Source of the DNA: a virus
Taxonomy: Duplodnaviria > Caudoviricetes
Virus record (IMG/VR): IMGVR_UViG_2884371665_000002
Strand: one strand, 5' to 3'
Length of the DNA: 64,000 nt
Below the pieces are notes generated by a model that had not been told where the DNA came from, did not search any database, and was given only the letters and a program-made list of their open reading frames with translations. Each line of letters opens with the position of its first letter. Position 1 is the first letter of the stretch. A program made the translations under genes and the position numbers. Shown here piece by piece: positions 56,601 to 64,000 of this stretch.

Positions 56601-57118
56601 CGACGGCCGCTAAAGTTCGGGCTGGTATCAGCATCGCCTCGATTGTGGGGACTACGATTGGTGAACTGGCCGCCAAAGCGGACGGTGGTTTTACGGGCAT
56701 GCGGGAATTATATCCGGGTGCTGGTGGACCCAGCGGCTTTACCAATGGGCCAACGCTGTTTAACATGGGCCGTCGATCGTACATTGCTGGCGAAGCCGGC
56801 CGGGAGTTTGTCATTTCGAACCGCGCTCTACAAAATCCAGTCGTCGCCGATTTTGCCCGCATGATGGATGTAGCCCAGCGAACGGGTAATTACTCGCAAT
56901 TGATGGCAGAGGCTCAGGCCAGTACCTCAGCAACGTCGGCTCCATCGAGCAGCAATTCGGGCAGCAATGATGATTTGCTGATGCTGCTCCTTCAGGAACA
57001 GCGCCTGACGCGCAGTTCCCTGGAGAAGAAAAACAGCCAGAACGTTGCCTTGAACTACCGCTTGTTTGAGCAGTATCGGGATAATCTGGAAGAAGCCCGG
57101 ATCGATAATAAATTGTAA
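53648..57118 (+). CDS. Tail tape measure protein (TP901-family core)
   Basis: ADIEKATGL...DTRTSNKELRDIAVAGGQLG core; hydrophobic Ala-rich middle; long coiled coil; EAGREFVI near the C-terminus. Confidence 0.9.
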   Translation: MAKTQTERAVIDLVINGQQAKTTLKEVSLAVTKTRSELNKMKEADNPEAYRAKLAEMHKLVSAQRDMTARINDSTTAWGRFKKEMATVAVGVVGGNVITFALQQLAALIPGTIDRTMKLKDAFADIEKATGLSAEGVQKLNKELKNIDTRTSNKELRDIAVAGGQLGVANDELVDFVKNVDKAVVALGDEFTGGVDQVAKEIGGIAKLFDETRSQAIGTSINSIGSALNELGAAGAATSPVVAEFTTRMGQLGNLAPKLHETLGLGAALQELGLTAEIAASGLSGLMLTAANKSDLFAQHLGMSKKALEQLINTDPNKFLMMLAQSFQGLSSTQVAQRLKELKVESQESIKVMSLLADQTDFVAEKQQLANKAMIEGTSLTSEFDKKNHQLARDLKELNEWFNSLLTSEGLQNFLVSATHNAVEFIRVLPQVGKWLSSNKDLLYLLAAATVVYYGNLIKATAAAIANTTAELARKAAYEIGFRWLVISEAATKAYAFTTAVLTGQISLQTAAVTLARGAWSALSAIMLANPIGVIVAGMAALAYAVKLYSDNTETAIRLEREKVRLQRDMQVLTELQSKTLATLNEQLQDYTEMTSAERAEYVKNVAVARLDLESRLARMKAREKEMEMLAAEPTLWQQLWIAIKSGGDPAKMAQNVTQQVADNMRGVREQFAAGITAVEGQLKQYDSIFKQIERYEKPTKTGGGKLRTITDPEDAKSKTDKKKAEARRQEDELEGMLSDARERTMRGERSQYENEVAAFADKYSKMYTLAKDNEAKINEIRILSLAEWAEIEKRFYEKQDEDARKQQEKDNKIGFEAALNEADQTHSDTIGSIERTQAKAPAAIGDAEVQMQKLQADQVYLTQKLLLEQTFAQQSADTQRQLTENWNEQVKLRATTEHQYAEQMKQAEWALQDAKRAAMQQGLEVLMGFLGKGTIAYKAALIAQKAFAIAQVVVDLNREIAQIYANPAWSLMPDGGLAIKTVNATAAKVRAGISIASIVGTTIGELAAKADGGFTGMRELYPGAGGPSGFTNGPTLFNMGRRSYIAGEAGREFVISNRALQNPVVADFARMMDVAQRTGNYSQLMAEAQASTSATSAPSSSNSGSNDDLLMLLLQEQRLTRSSLEKKNSQNVALNYRLFEQYRDNLEEARIDNKL

Positions 57119-57120
57119 GT

Positions 57121-57153
57121 AAAAAAGCCTGACCGTAAAAGTCAGGCTTTTTT
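57121..57153 (+). terminator. Intrinsic terminator ending the tail operon
   Basis: aaaaaagcctgac-cgtaaaa-gtcaggctttttt. Confidence 0.85.
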
Positions 57154-57228
57154 GCCTTTCACTAAAGTTGGTTTATCACTATTCATCTAATTGGTAACTT
57201 GCCAGACTTATCCATATAATTAATCCCT

Positions 57229-57867
57229 ATGAAATCAGTATTTACCTTGATTGGCCTTGTGGTTTCCATTGCCTGCTTTGGTCAATTAAATCCGAGTCCC
57301 GTCGAAATGCCAATCGATAGTAGTTCTGGAGGCATACAGTTCCGGGAAGTGGTTACGCTCGACCCATCGTTGGATACCAAAGCCATTGTTCAGAAGGCCA
57401 AAAACTGGGTAGCCACAGCCTACCGGAGTGCGAATGATGTAGTGCAGCAGTTTGATCCGGAAACAGGCATTCTTATCGTGAAAGGTCAGTTTCCCGTTAC
57501 ACGAACCAGTTACTATGGGAATCAGGTGACGACAGCAGCTATCACAGTTTACCAGACGCTAACCATTGAAGCCAGACCAGGTCGATACCGGGCTACCTTA
57601 AACAATTATGAAATTGGTGCAGCTGGCCAGCGGGCAGTACTGGCAGCCAACCGGGGGTCAATGGGCCGGGATGAGTATATGGAACTGGTTCGCAAGCAGG
57701 CTGCTGGCATGAGTATGGAGCGAACTATTATCAAATCTGCTGAAAAGAATCTGGACTCGACCATTACCTCAGAACGATTGTTTATGGCGGATGTCAAGCA
57801 GCAGAGTTTAAACCTCTTGGAGATGCTCAAACGGCACATGCAGAAGAAGGCCGAAAAAGACTGGTAG
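57229..57867 (+). CDS. Secreted DUF4468-like protein (moron)
   Basis: Signal peptide; IVQKAKNWVA..Y.SANDVVQ..DPETG.LIVKG pattern. Confidence 0.65.
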   Translation: MKSVFTLIGLVVSIACFGQLNPSPVEMPIDSSSGGIQFREVVTLDPSLDTKAIVQKAKNWVATAYRSANDVVQQFDPETGILIVKGQFPVTRTSYYGNQVTTAAITVYQTLTIEARPGRYRATLNNYEIGAAGQRAVLAANRGSMGRDEYMELVRKQAAGMSMERTIIKSAEKNLDSTITSERLFMADVKQQSLNLLEMLKRHMQKKAEKDW

Positions 57868-57941
57868 TTTCACTAGTCTAGGACAGTTATATATAAATTA
57901 GCCCAATCGATAGGATGGGCTTTTTTTGTTACTTTTGCGAC

Positions 57942-58058
57942 GCTGAGTTCATTTATTCCAAGGGTCGGCACCGCCAGCAAACAGGCGGTGCTGTACCCCC
58001 GTATCCGTTTGACTGTAATAGTCCGGATAGTTTTTCGACCCTTGGGCGTGAACTCAGC
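57942..58058 (+). ncRNA. Structured multibranch RNA, candidate C4/CI-like antisense regulator
   Basis: Perfect -7 box tacttttg (57930-57937). Stems: 57942-51/58049-58 (10 bp), 57958-67/58036-45 (10 bp), hairpin 57968-57991, and tatccg/cggata hairpin 58002-58029. Confidence 0.65.
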
Positions 58059-58106
58059 AGCGGGTCAGGCAGCACCGCCTGTTTGTTGCTGGTAGCCATC
58101 ACTGTT

Positions 58107-58268
58107 ATGCCCAAACTTTCCCAGACCGAAATCGACCGTCGAAAACTCGAACGGCTCGAAGCGCGTATCCTTATTCTACGCAGTAAAATTGAGCAGTTAC
58201 AGCAAGGATTAAATACCAGTATTGCCCAGGCGCAAAAACTCAGCTCATCACTGGCCAATCAACAATAA
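58107..58268 (+). CDS. 53-aa coiled-coil protein downstream of the structured RNA
   Basis: MPKLSQTEIDRRKLERLEARILILRSKIEQLQQ...; the upstream extension to 57915 runs through the RNA. Confidence 0.5.
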   Translation: MPKLSQTEIDRRKLERLEARILILRSKIEQLQQGLNTSIAQAQKLSSSLANQQ

Positions 58269-58529
58269 AAACTGGTTTTCCTGTTTATACCGTACCCACC
58301 GTAACTTGCTTTTTATCAAGTATTAAACCGTAATTCTTTGGAAGAACACTACTCTAGTATTTAGCTTAATTCCTGTTCAATCGGTTAAAAGCAGCAACAA
58401 TGACATCTTTGCGGGTTATGGCAACAGCATTCTGAAGTTGTTGGATCGTCTTATAGCCCGACCGGATATCTTCCTGCATCATGTGAGGTAAAGGTTTGGC
58501 CCGATATTTAGCCTTCTTAAACGAAAAGA

Positions 58530-60281
58530 TCAATTTGAAAACTGAATACTCTGAAATAGCGTGATCATTTCTTTTGGAATAACCGAATGCATCTTCTTTA
58601 AGACTAAAAGTGCATTGCGGAAATGGTAAAGATTTTTTGTAAATGCCTTTAAAAAAACTTCACTTATTAAATCTTTACCCCGACAATTCAATAACCAGGC
58701 AGGGTAGTTTAGTTTTTGTCCCCCAATAAACTCTACCTCCACTGGTGTGTAATCAATTGTTGGGCTATTAGTTAAAGTAGCTGCTTTCAGATACGGCTCT
58801 ACTTGGTTGAAGATATAGTCTGCTATTAACTGTAATTCAACTGAAGACATCTCTGTAAACTTGGCTTCCTGACCAAACGCTATATTGACCCCCGCAATCT
58901 TTGGAGCCTTATCAAAGTGCAGCATTACAGCATAGACCAAAATTGGATCGATTAAATAGTTTTCTATGCTATAACGATTTAATACAAATAAATTCGGGGA
59001 ACTTTCATTTCCGGCATCTTCATCAATTAAACCATATATAAAGGTGTTCAATCCTGAGTTGACTAATTTTTTTACCCAATTATCAACTACAGTTTTGCCG
59101 CCAGATTTTTCGTTTGTGGATGCAGGAATGAATACAATTTGCCGATCGCGAGATAAGGATTCGACATCGTTAAGATGGCCGTAAATAGTTGTGTAAAACG
59201 AAACATCATCCTTGTCTTCCACAAGAACGTATTTGGTGTGCTCACCGACAAAGAGATAGCCTGATGTTAATAAAGAAATAGTACTACTTTTTGATTTAGA
59301 GGGAAGGATTGCGGTTTTATATTTTGTCATTTCATAAATTGAACTTTCAGGGGCGAATGCAATCGTTGATGGTGAATGTGTAGTCATGATCACCTTAGCG
59401 CCGTACTTTTTTACAATTGTATTAACGATATTTTCTATGAAATTTTTCGCCAATTGAGGGTGTAAGTGAGCATCTGGTTCATCTAATAAAAACAATGAAG
59501 GTACTTCTCCATTGACTTGCCCAACAAAAACGTGGAGCAAAAGCGTGATAATCACTTTTTCACCAGAAGATAAATAGGAGGGTTCAATACGATTATCGTG
59601 TCCAGTAGGACCATCTATATCAATAAAAGTCAAATGAAAGGTGGAAGAGTAATCCTTTTCCGTAGGTACCGTAATCCTATATGGAAGGTTAGCGTTAGCC
59701 AATAAGCTGTTTAGAATGTCCCATGGCTCATCTCCATATAATTCAACAAATTTTTCATGAGGCCAGCCTCTAAGGTTTATTTTGCTCAGGTAATTCGCCT
59801 TATATGTAAGGAAATACTGGTTAATTGAGGCTAAACTGACATTCTGTATACTAGTTTGTGGTCGATAATTTTCGTCAAATTCTTTAAATGTAATGTTGTT
59901 GATATCTAATCCTTTAGCCTTGAGATGATCGCTGATGGGCTTTGGACCTTGATGGCCTTCGAGCTCTCTTTTAAAGAATCCTTCATATAGGGCTTTCATA
60001 TCAGTTAAATAAGTCATCATATTGCCAGTAGCACTTTTAAGCTCTGGCCAATCGGCACCTAATGAAACCCAGTTGTTTGTAAGAGTAGTATCTATAATAT
60101 CTACGGCTGGAGAAGTTACATTTTTCCCCATTGTATTTCTAGCTTGCAGTGTTCTGGTTAACTGTTTTAGCAAAGCTGTTTTTCCAACCCCATTGATGCC
60201 GGTAATGACGACAAAATCAGGCAAATCGTCAGTTTCGAATTTGGTAAGTGGAGGCTGATCAGTATATATTTTGATCCTCAT
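58530..60281 (-). CDS. ABC-type (AAA_21-like) ATPase fused to a TOPRIM/DUF4435-like domain; OLD-family-like, putative defence nuclease
   Basis: Walker A GINGVGKT, signature LSSGEK, Walker B LFLLDEPD, H-loop TTHS; TOPRIM VLVED...LIDED...YSIENY; AT-rich. Confidence 0.8.
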   Translation of the reverse strand: MRIKIYTDQPPLTKFETDDLPDFVVITGINGVGKTALLKQLTRTLQARNTMGKNVTSPAVDIIDTTLTNNWVSLGADWPELKSATGNMMTYLTDMKALYEGFFKRELEGHQGPKPISDHLKAKGLDINNITFKEFDENYRPQTSIQNVSLASINQYFLTYKANYLSKINLRGWPHEKFVELYGDEPWDILNSLLANANLPYRITVPTEKDYSSTFHLTFIDIDGPTGHDNRIEPSYLSSGEKVIITLLLHVFVGQVNGEVPSLFLLDEPDAHLHPQLAKNFIENIVNTIVKKYGAKVIMTTHSPSTIAFAPESSIYEMTKYKTAILPSKSKSSTISLLTSGYLFVGEHTKYVLVEDKDDVSFYTTIYGHLNDVESLSRDRQIVFIPASTNEKSGGKTVVDNWVKKLVNSGLNTFIYGLIDEDAGNESSPNLFVLNRYSIENYLIDPILVYAVMLHFDKAPKIAGVNIAFGQEAKFTEMSSVELQLIADYIFNQVEPYLKAATLTNSPTIDYTPVEVEFIGGQKLNYPAWLLNCRGKDLISEVFLKAFTKNLYHFRNALLVLKKMHSVIPKEMITLFQSIQFSN

Positions 60282-60305
60282 CTGATATGTCTTATGGTTT
60301 AAGTG

Positions 60306-60884
60306 TTAATTGGTTTGCATTAGACCACGATGTCGCAGATAACTGTACAGCGTAGACTTTGATATGCCCAGCTGCCTGGCTATCTCTTTCACAGGTAACT
60401 TCCCTTCTTTATAGAGGCTTTCAGCAATTCGTGATTTATTCTCCGCTTCTTTTGATAATCCGGTCGGCCGACCGAGCAGTTGGCCACGCCGTCGAGCGGA
60501 TTGCAAACCTGCCTGGGTACGCTCTTTAATCAACTCCCGCTCAAACTCCGCCAGACTGGCAAAGATTCGGAACACGAGTCGACCCTGTGCTGTCGTGGTA
60601 TCGACGGGATCGTTTAGACTAATGAGTCCAATACTGTTTCTCTCCAGTACGTTAACCATCTCTACCAGGTGAGCTAGGGATCGGCCGAGCCGATCGAGTT
60701 TCCAGATTACTACCGTATCGCCTTCGCGCACGTGCTCGAGTAGTTTCGTCAGTTCAGGCCGGTCGCCTTTGGCTCCCGAGGCTTTTTCCTGAAAAATCTT
60801 TTCACAGCCCTGTGCTTTGAGAGCATCGAGCTGCATGGATAAATTCTGGTCCTGGGTGGACACGCGGGCGTAGCCGATTTTCAT
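60306..60884 (-). CDS. Serine recombinase (resolvase/invertase family) with a C-terminal HTH
   Basis: IGYARVSTQDQ, WKLDRLGRS, EFERELIKER, ISKSTLYSY. Confidence 0.92.
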   Translation of the reverse strand: MKIGYARVSTQDQNLSMQLDALKAQGCEKIFQEKASGAKGDRPELTKLLEHVREGDTVVIWKLDRLGRSLAHLVEMVNVLERNSIGLISLNDPVDTTTAQGRLVFRIFASLAEFERELIKERTQAGLQSARRRGQLLGRPTGLSKEAENKSRIAESLYKEGKLPVKEIARQLGISKSTLYSYLRHRGLMQTN

Positions 60885-61081
60885 TAGACAGGATTTTCGT
60901 TAATGAATGATTGTGCCGCTTCAGCAATAGATAGATCATAGTTCTCCCAGACATTATAGAGCCAGTCACACTCTTGCTGGCTGAGGGGATCTGTATGATG
61001 TAGCTCGCGCAGTTCATCGACTACTTCGACAAGCCAGGAATCGAAGGATTGAGGTAGGCTGGGTTTATGGTACTCAGACAT
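60884..61081 (-). CDS. Small hypothetical protein coupled to the resolvase
   Basis: Its stop overlaps the resolvase ATG. Confidence 0.5.
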   Translation of the reverse strand: MSEYHKPSLPQSFDSWLVEVVDELRELHHTDPLSQQECDWLYNVWENYDLSIAEAAQSFINENPV

Positions 61082-61084
61082 AAA

Positions 61085-61225
61085 AATGGTTCAAATAAGC
61101 CTTAACAAGATACGAATAATTAGCCTATTTAATCGAACCGTTTTTTTGTACAAATTTTGGGCGAAAAATGACTGTTTGTAGAATCAAGAGGTAGGTTTAG
61201 ATAAACGGTCGTTTTTCTGTACCAG
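61085..61225. promoter_or_regulatory. Probable res site / resolvase promoter
   Basis: AT-rich region upstream of the resolvase operon with accgtt/aacggt inverted half-sites. Confidence 0.4.
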
Positions 61226-61298
61226 CGAATTTTGAAAAGGGTAATAAAAAGACTTAACTTACCTCGAATCATATTTTGTATGGTGTGGATAGAAGCGG

Positions 61299-61330
61299 AA
61301 AGCCCGGACCACTAGATCCGGGCTTTTTTT
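61299..61330 (+). terminator. Terminator hairpin
   Basis: aaagcccgga-ccactaga-tccgggctttttt. Confidence 0.7.
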
Positions 61331-61453
61331 GATGAGTTAACTTATCAATCGTCGATGGTACTCGAACTAATAAAATTGGTAATGACATAGCAATTTACAC
61401 TTGGTAAATACGGCTTGTTCCAAGATTTTACAACGGATGAATAACGACTTACT

Positions 61454-61858
61454 TTATTGGCATTTTTCAAATATTGCCTCTTCCTTAAAATAAGTCCTGT
61501 ATAATACCATACGCGTTGGCGTTAAAGATTTTATAAGATAGAAGTTGTCTTGTAATTGCTTAGGAACACCCCAGTTAATAGCAAGCGTATCCTTCACCAC
61601 GGCGTATGGGTAAGCTACAAATGAAAGTACTCGCTCACAACTGGTTGATTTAACCGGCGTTTCAGCCAACGTTTCCTTGTCTAAAGTCCAGCGTAAATAC
61701 GGTTGACCGTTCGGAATGGTAGTCCAATTGCCAATCAAATAGGCTGGCTGAATCCCTTTCTCTTTGTTGCAACTAAGTAACATGACAAGTAAAGCCGTTA
61801 TTAACGCCCTTATAGAATATACAGGGTAGTGCATATAACATCGTGACTTTCCAGCCAT
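61454..61858 (-). CDS. Hypothetical lipoprotein (true start probably downstream of the GTG)
   Basis: Lipobox MLLSC; LIGNW lipocalin-like start. Confidence 0.55.
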   Translation of the reverse strand: MAGKSRCYMHYPVYSIRALITALLVMLLSCNKEKGIQPAYLIGNWTTIPNGQPYLRWTLDKETLAETPVKSTSCERVLSFVAYPYAVVKDTLAINWGVPKQLQDNFYLIKSLTPTRMVLYRTYFKEEAIFEKCQ

Positions 61859-62003
61859 TCAACTAATACCAGTTTCATAGGTGGAAGTTAGCAATTTTGG
61901 CGAAGTTACCAAATCGGTGTAAATTGGTTGGTTTATCATTACCATAAAATCTGTGTACATTCTCGTCGTCATGCTTAGCTTCGCATTGCTATCACGTTAA
62001 GAC

Positions 62004-62237
62004 ATGAATAAAAGAGAGGTGATTCAAAACATAATTAATAAAGAGGTTATTCTGGCAGCTTTACAGCGGCATTTACTGGGTATAGCCGATGAAAATGTTC
62101 ATCACTTTGCTCATCGGTTGTTCAGATTTCCCATTTATAGAGAGGACGTACTCCAGTATGAGCAATTGATTCTCGACTATGGAGAGCCATGCGAAACGCT
62201 ATTGATGGATATTTATCCGATGCATACTGACGTTTGA
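62004..62237 (+). CDS. Hypothetical protein
   Basis: 77-aa ORF. Confidence 0.4.
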   Translation: MNKREVIQNIINKEVILAALQRHLLGIADENVHHFAHRLFRFPIYREDVLQYEQLILDYGEPCETLLMDIYPMHTDV

Positions 62238-62428
62238 GCGGACACAGTTCAGATGTCATTGCCTTACCAAATCCATTGATGTATATGCCTGATCAACAAT
62301 CACCCACTCCCAGCGAGCTCGAACGTCAAATCCGGGAATTTGATCGGGCTCTATTCCTCTTTGTGGGTAGAAACTTTCATAAACCAGCCATCCAACAGCA
62401 GAAACATCAGGAGCGCGACCTGTTCTAA
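62234..62428 (+). CDS. Hypothetical protein
   Basis: 64-aa ORF; true start may be an internal Met. Confidence 0.35.
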   Translation: MSGHSSDVIALPNPLMYMPDQQSPTPSELERQIREFDRALFLFVGRNFHKPAIQQQKHQERDLF

Positions 62429-62509
62429 CAAACTTACGATGTGGCTAGAAGGGGAAATCCCGGATCGGGTGATCCGGAGTTTGTTAGCCTTTTGACAGGG
62501 TTAATTTAT

Positions 62510-62701
62510 CTACTGCTCATAGTCGATCAAGTTAAGCAGAAACCGCATGTCATGCTCGAAGGCGACACCGAACCGAAAGCCATCGAAGAAAAATACCCCG
62601 GCTTGCTCATCATGTGTGCCCGCAAATGCCTTATAGTGATAGCGAGTGGAGGAATCCTTCACAAAGCCTAGACTCATAAGCAGATTCTGCGTTATTTCCA
62701 T
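62510..62701 (-). CDS. Hypothetical protein downstream of umuC
   Basis: 63-aa ORF co-directional with umuC. Confidence 0.45.
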   Translation of the reverse strand: MEITQNLLMSLGFVKDSSTRYHYKAFAGTHDEQAGVFFFDGFRFGVAFEHDMRFLLNLIDYEQ

Positions 62702-62713
62702 AAAGCAAAGTTA

Positions 62714-64000
62714 CTATTTCACTTGTAAGATTTCTTTCCAGTTGGTCGTGTAGCGTTTCGACAGGTAGGACTGTTTCATAGGCCATTCCGGATTGTAAAG
62801 CTGACTGGCCAGCCTCAATTTGTCCTGGCCGTGCCGGTGATTAATCCGGTCAATCACTTTAGCCAGCTTGATCAACCGCTCGTCCGGCCCTTCCGAGAAT
62901 ACCCCTTTCTGCCGATAATCGCCATGCACAAGATCAGATAAAATCAAGCCTACTTTCTGATACTGGTAGCCCGGTGCATAAATGGATTTGAGCACCTCCA
63001 TGGCGTACCGGAGTAGTTCGGGTGTGCTACTGGTCGGATGGGGCAAATCAACCGATCGGGAATTGGAATACTGCTTACTGGGCAGATCCGGGCGGCCTGG
63101 TGTTTTGCGAAAGCGGTTCGTGTGAATAAAGACCGTAATGGAACCACACAGCGAGTCCTGTCGTCGAAGCTTCTCGCCCGCTCTACAGAGATGATTGGTT
63201 AACGCGTCTTGAATTTGGCGAAAATCAGGAATCATCTTGCCGAACGAAGGAGCGGCACAAATGGTCTTTTTTGGCGGTGCATTGACCTCCAACATTCGAC
63301 AGGGCATACCCCTGAGCTCATGCACAAGTCGTAAGCCGTTAATAGTCATCACCTGCTGCACCCAATCATCGTTCGCGTTTCGTAGCTGGGCAGCTGTTTC
63401 AATGCCGTGTTTCTTAAGCATTCGGGCATACCGGTACCCAATGCCCCACAAATCCTCAACCTTGAAGCTGGAGAGGATTTCATTAGCCGTTTCTACGCTA
63501 TCAATTACGCAGATACCACCGAGTTCGGGGCGTTTCTTCGCGATCCTGTTAGCCAGTTTAGCCAGCGTTTTCGTAGCACCGAAGCCCACGCACACTGGAA
63601 TCCGAAGCCATTGACTGACTGTCTTTCGAATCGATTCCCCCAGGCCCTGAAATGTCGGGTATAACCCCTGGTAGCCATCCACCTGCAGAAAGGCCTCGTC
63701 AATCGAATATACTTCCACGTCCTCCACGAACTGATTCAAAAGACTCATCAGTCGGGAACTCATGTCCCCATACAGCGTATAGTTCGAGCTAAACACGGCG
63801 ATGTCGTGCTGCTCCCGCAGCTCCTGGGTTTCAAAGAAAGGTTGGCCCATTTTTATCCCTAATATTTTGGCCTCATCCGAACGGGCGACAACGCAACCAT
63901 CACGGTTCGAGAGTACAATAACAGGCTTACCAATGAGCGCCGGGTTAAAACTTCGCTCACAGGAGACGTACATGGCGTTGGCGTCGACGAGTGCAAACAT
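62714..64000 (-). CDS. umuC: Y-family DNA polymerase V catalytic subunit (UmuC, DUF4113 tail)
   Basis: FALVDANAMYVSCER, VLSNRDGC, SSNYTLYGDMS, YSIDEAF, LSKRYTTNW. Confidence 0.93.
   Translation of the reverse strand: MFALVDANAMYVSCERSFNPALIGKPVIVLSNRDGCVVARSDEAKILGIKMGQPFFETQELREQHDIAVFSSNYTLYGDMSSRLMSLLNQFVEDVEVYSIDEAFLQVDGYQGLYPTFQGLGESIRKTVSQWLRIPVCVGFGATKTLAKLANRIAKKRPELGGICVIDSVETANEILSSFKVEDLWGIGYRYARMLKKHGIETAAQLRNANDDWVQQVMTINGLRLVHELRGMPCRMLEVNAPPKKTICAAPSFGKMIPDFRQIQDALTNHLCRAGEKLRRQDSLCGSITVFIHTNRFRKTPGRPDLPSKQYSNSRSVDLPHPTSSTPELLRYAMEVLKSIYAPGYQYQKVGLILSDLVHGDYRQKGVFSEGPDERLIKLAKVIDRINHRHGQDKLRLASQLYNPEWPMKQSYLSKRYTTNWKEILQVK

Larger units (their letters stand above)
4257..58268. 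mobile_element. Temperate siphovirus-type prophage (Bacteroidota); right boundary uncertain, may extend past 64000
   Basis: Contains a cI/cro switch, S49 prohead protease, MCP, terL, portal, lysin and tape measure in phage-like order. The left edge is marked by a tRNA 3'-end fragment. Confidence 0.9.

Noticed and set aside
19919-56864. Numerous overlapping alternative-frame and antisense ORFs within the GC-rich structural genes
   Set aside because: Expected shadow ORFs from codon bias; no motifs or initiation signals.
57915-58106. N-terminal extension of ORF 57915..58268
   Set aside because: It overlaps a terminator, a -7 promoter box and the structured RNA; the protein-like part starts at ATG 58107.
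60306-60884. Tail-fibre DNA invertase (Gin/Cin-like) system
   Set aside because: It lies more than 7 kb from the tail-tip genes, no inverted crossover sites or inverted fibre cassette were seen, and a res-like region lies upstream.
1-64000. Whole-genome TAA reassignment (alternative genetic code)
   Set aside because: MCP, protease, TMP, portal and lysin all end at TAA with normal full lengths under code 11.

Overview
Most of the window (~4.3-58.3 kb) is a siphovirus-type temperate prophage from a Bacteroidota host. The host is inferred from TAnnTTTG-type -7 promoter boxes and a Bacteroidota-type tyrosine integrase; a Cytophagales/Spirosoma-like host is a guess. Gene order: integrase and a tRNA 3'-end att fragment; cI/cro switch; small early genes with an HNH protein; a tRNA with a UUA (ochre-reading) anticodon; an AT-rich cargo insert encoding a 1843-aa LRR-Roc-COR-TIR protein plus a paralogous stand-alone TIR; head genes (S49 protease, MCP, PLD-fold protein, terminase); an ardC-radC cassette between terL and portal; portal, lysis and tail genes including SGNH, cadherin-like and repeat-module proteins; tape measure. 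The right end carries an ABC-ATPase/TOPRIM (OLD-like) gene, a serine resolvase and umuC. The left 1.9 kb (LPD1 zincin plus two tail-anchored membrane proteins) may belong to a different element. No primase, helicase or replication initiator is recognisable. The strongest unexplained signals read directly from the sequence are: (i) the Roco-TIR + TIR pair with a recently duplicated LRR array; (ii) an 18-bp box repeated five times at a fixed 22-nt distance from a -7-like promoter element before late operons; (iii) a multibranch RNA at 57942-58058 with a complementary target just upstream of a 53-aa ORF, resembling C4/CI antisense systems; (iv) paired palindromic operators plus a 12-13-nt antisense seed linking a small gene to the ardC cassette; (v) the UUA tRNA; (vi) a carbohydrate-binding-like insert in the major capsid protein. 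All family assignments come from motif recognition by eye; no database search was run.
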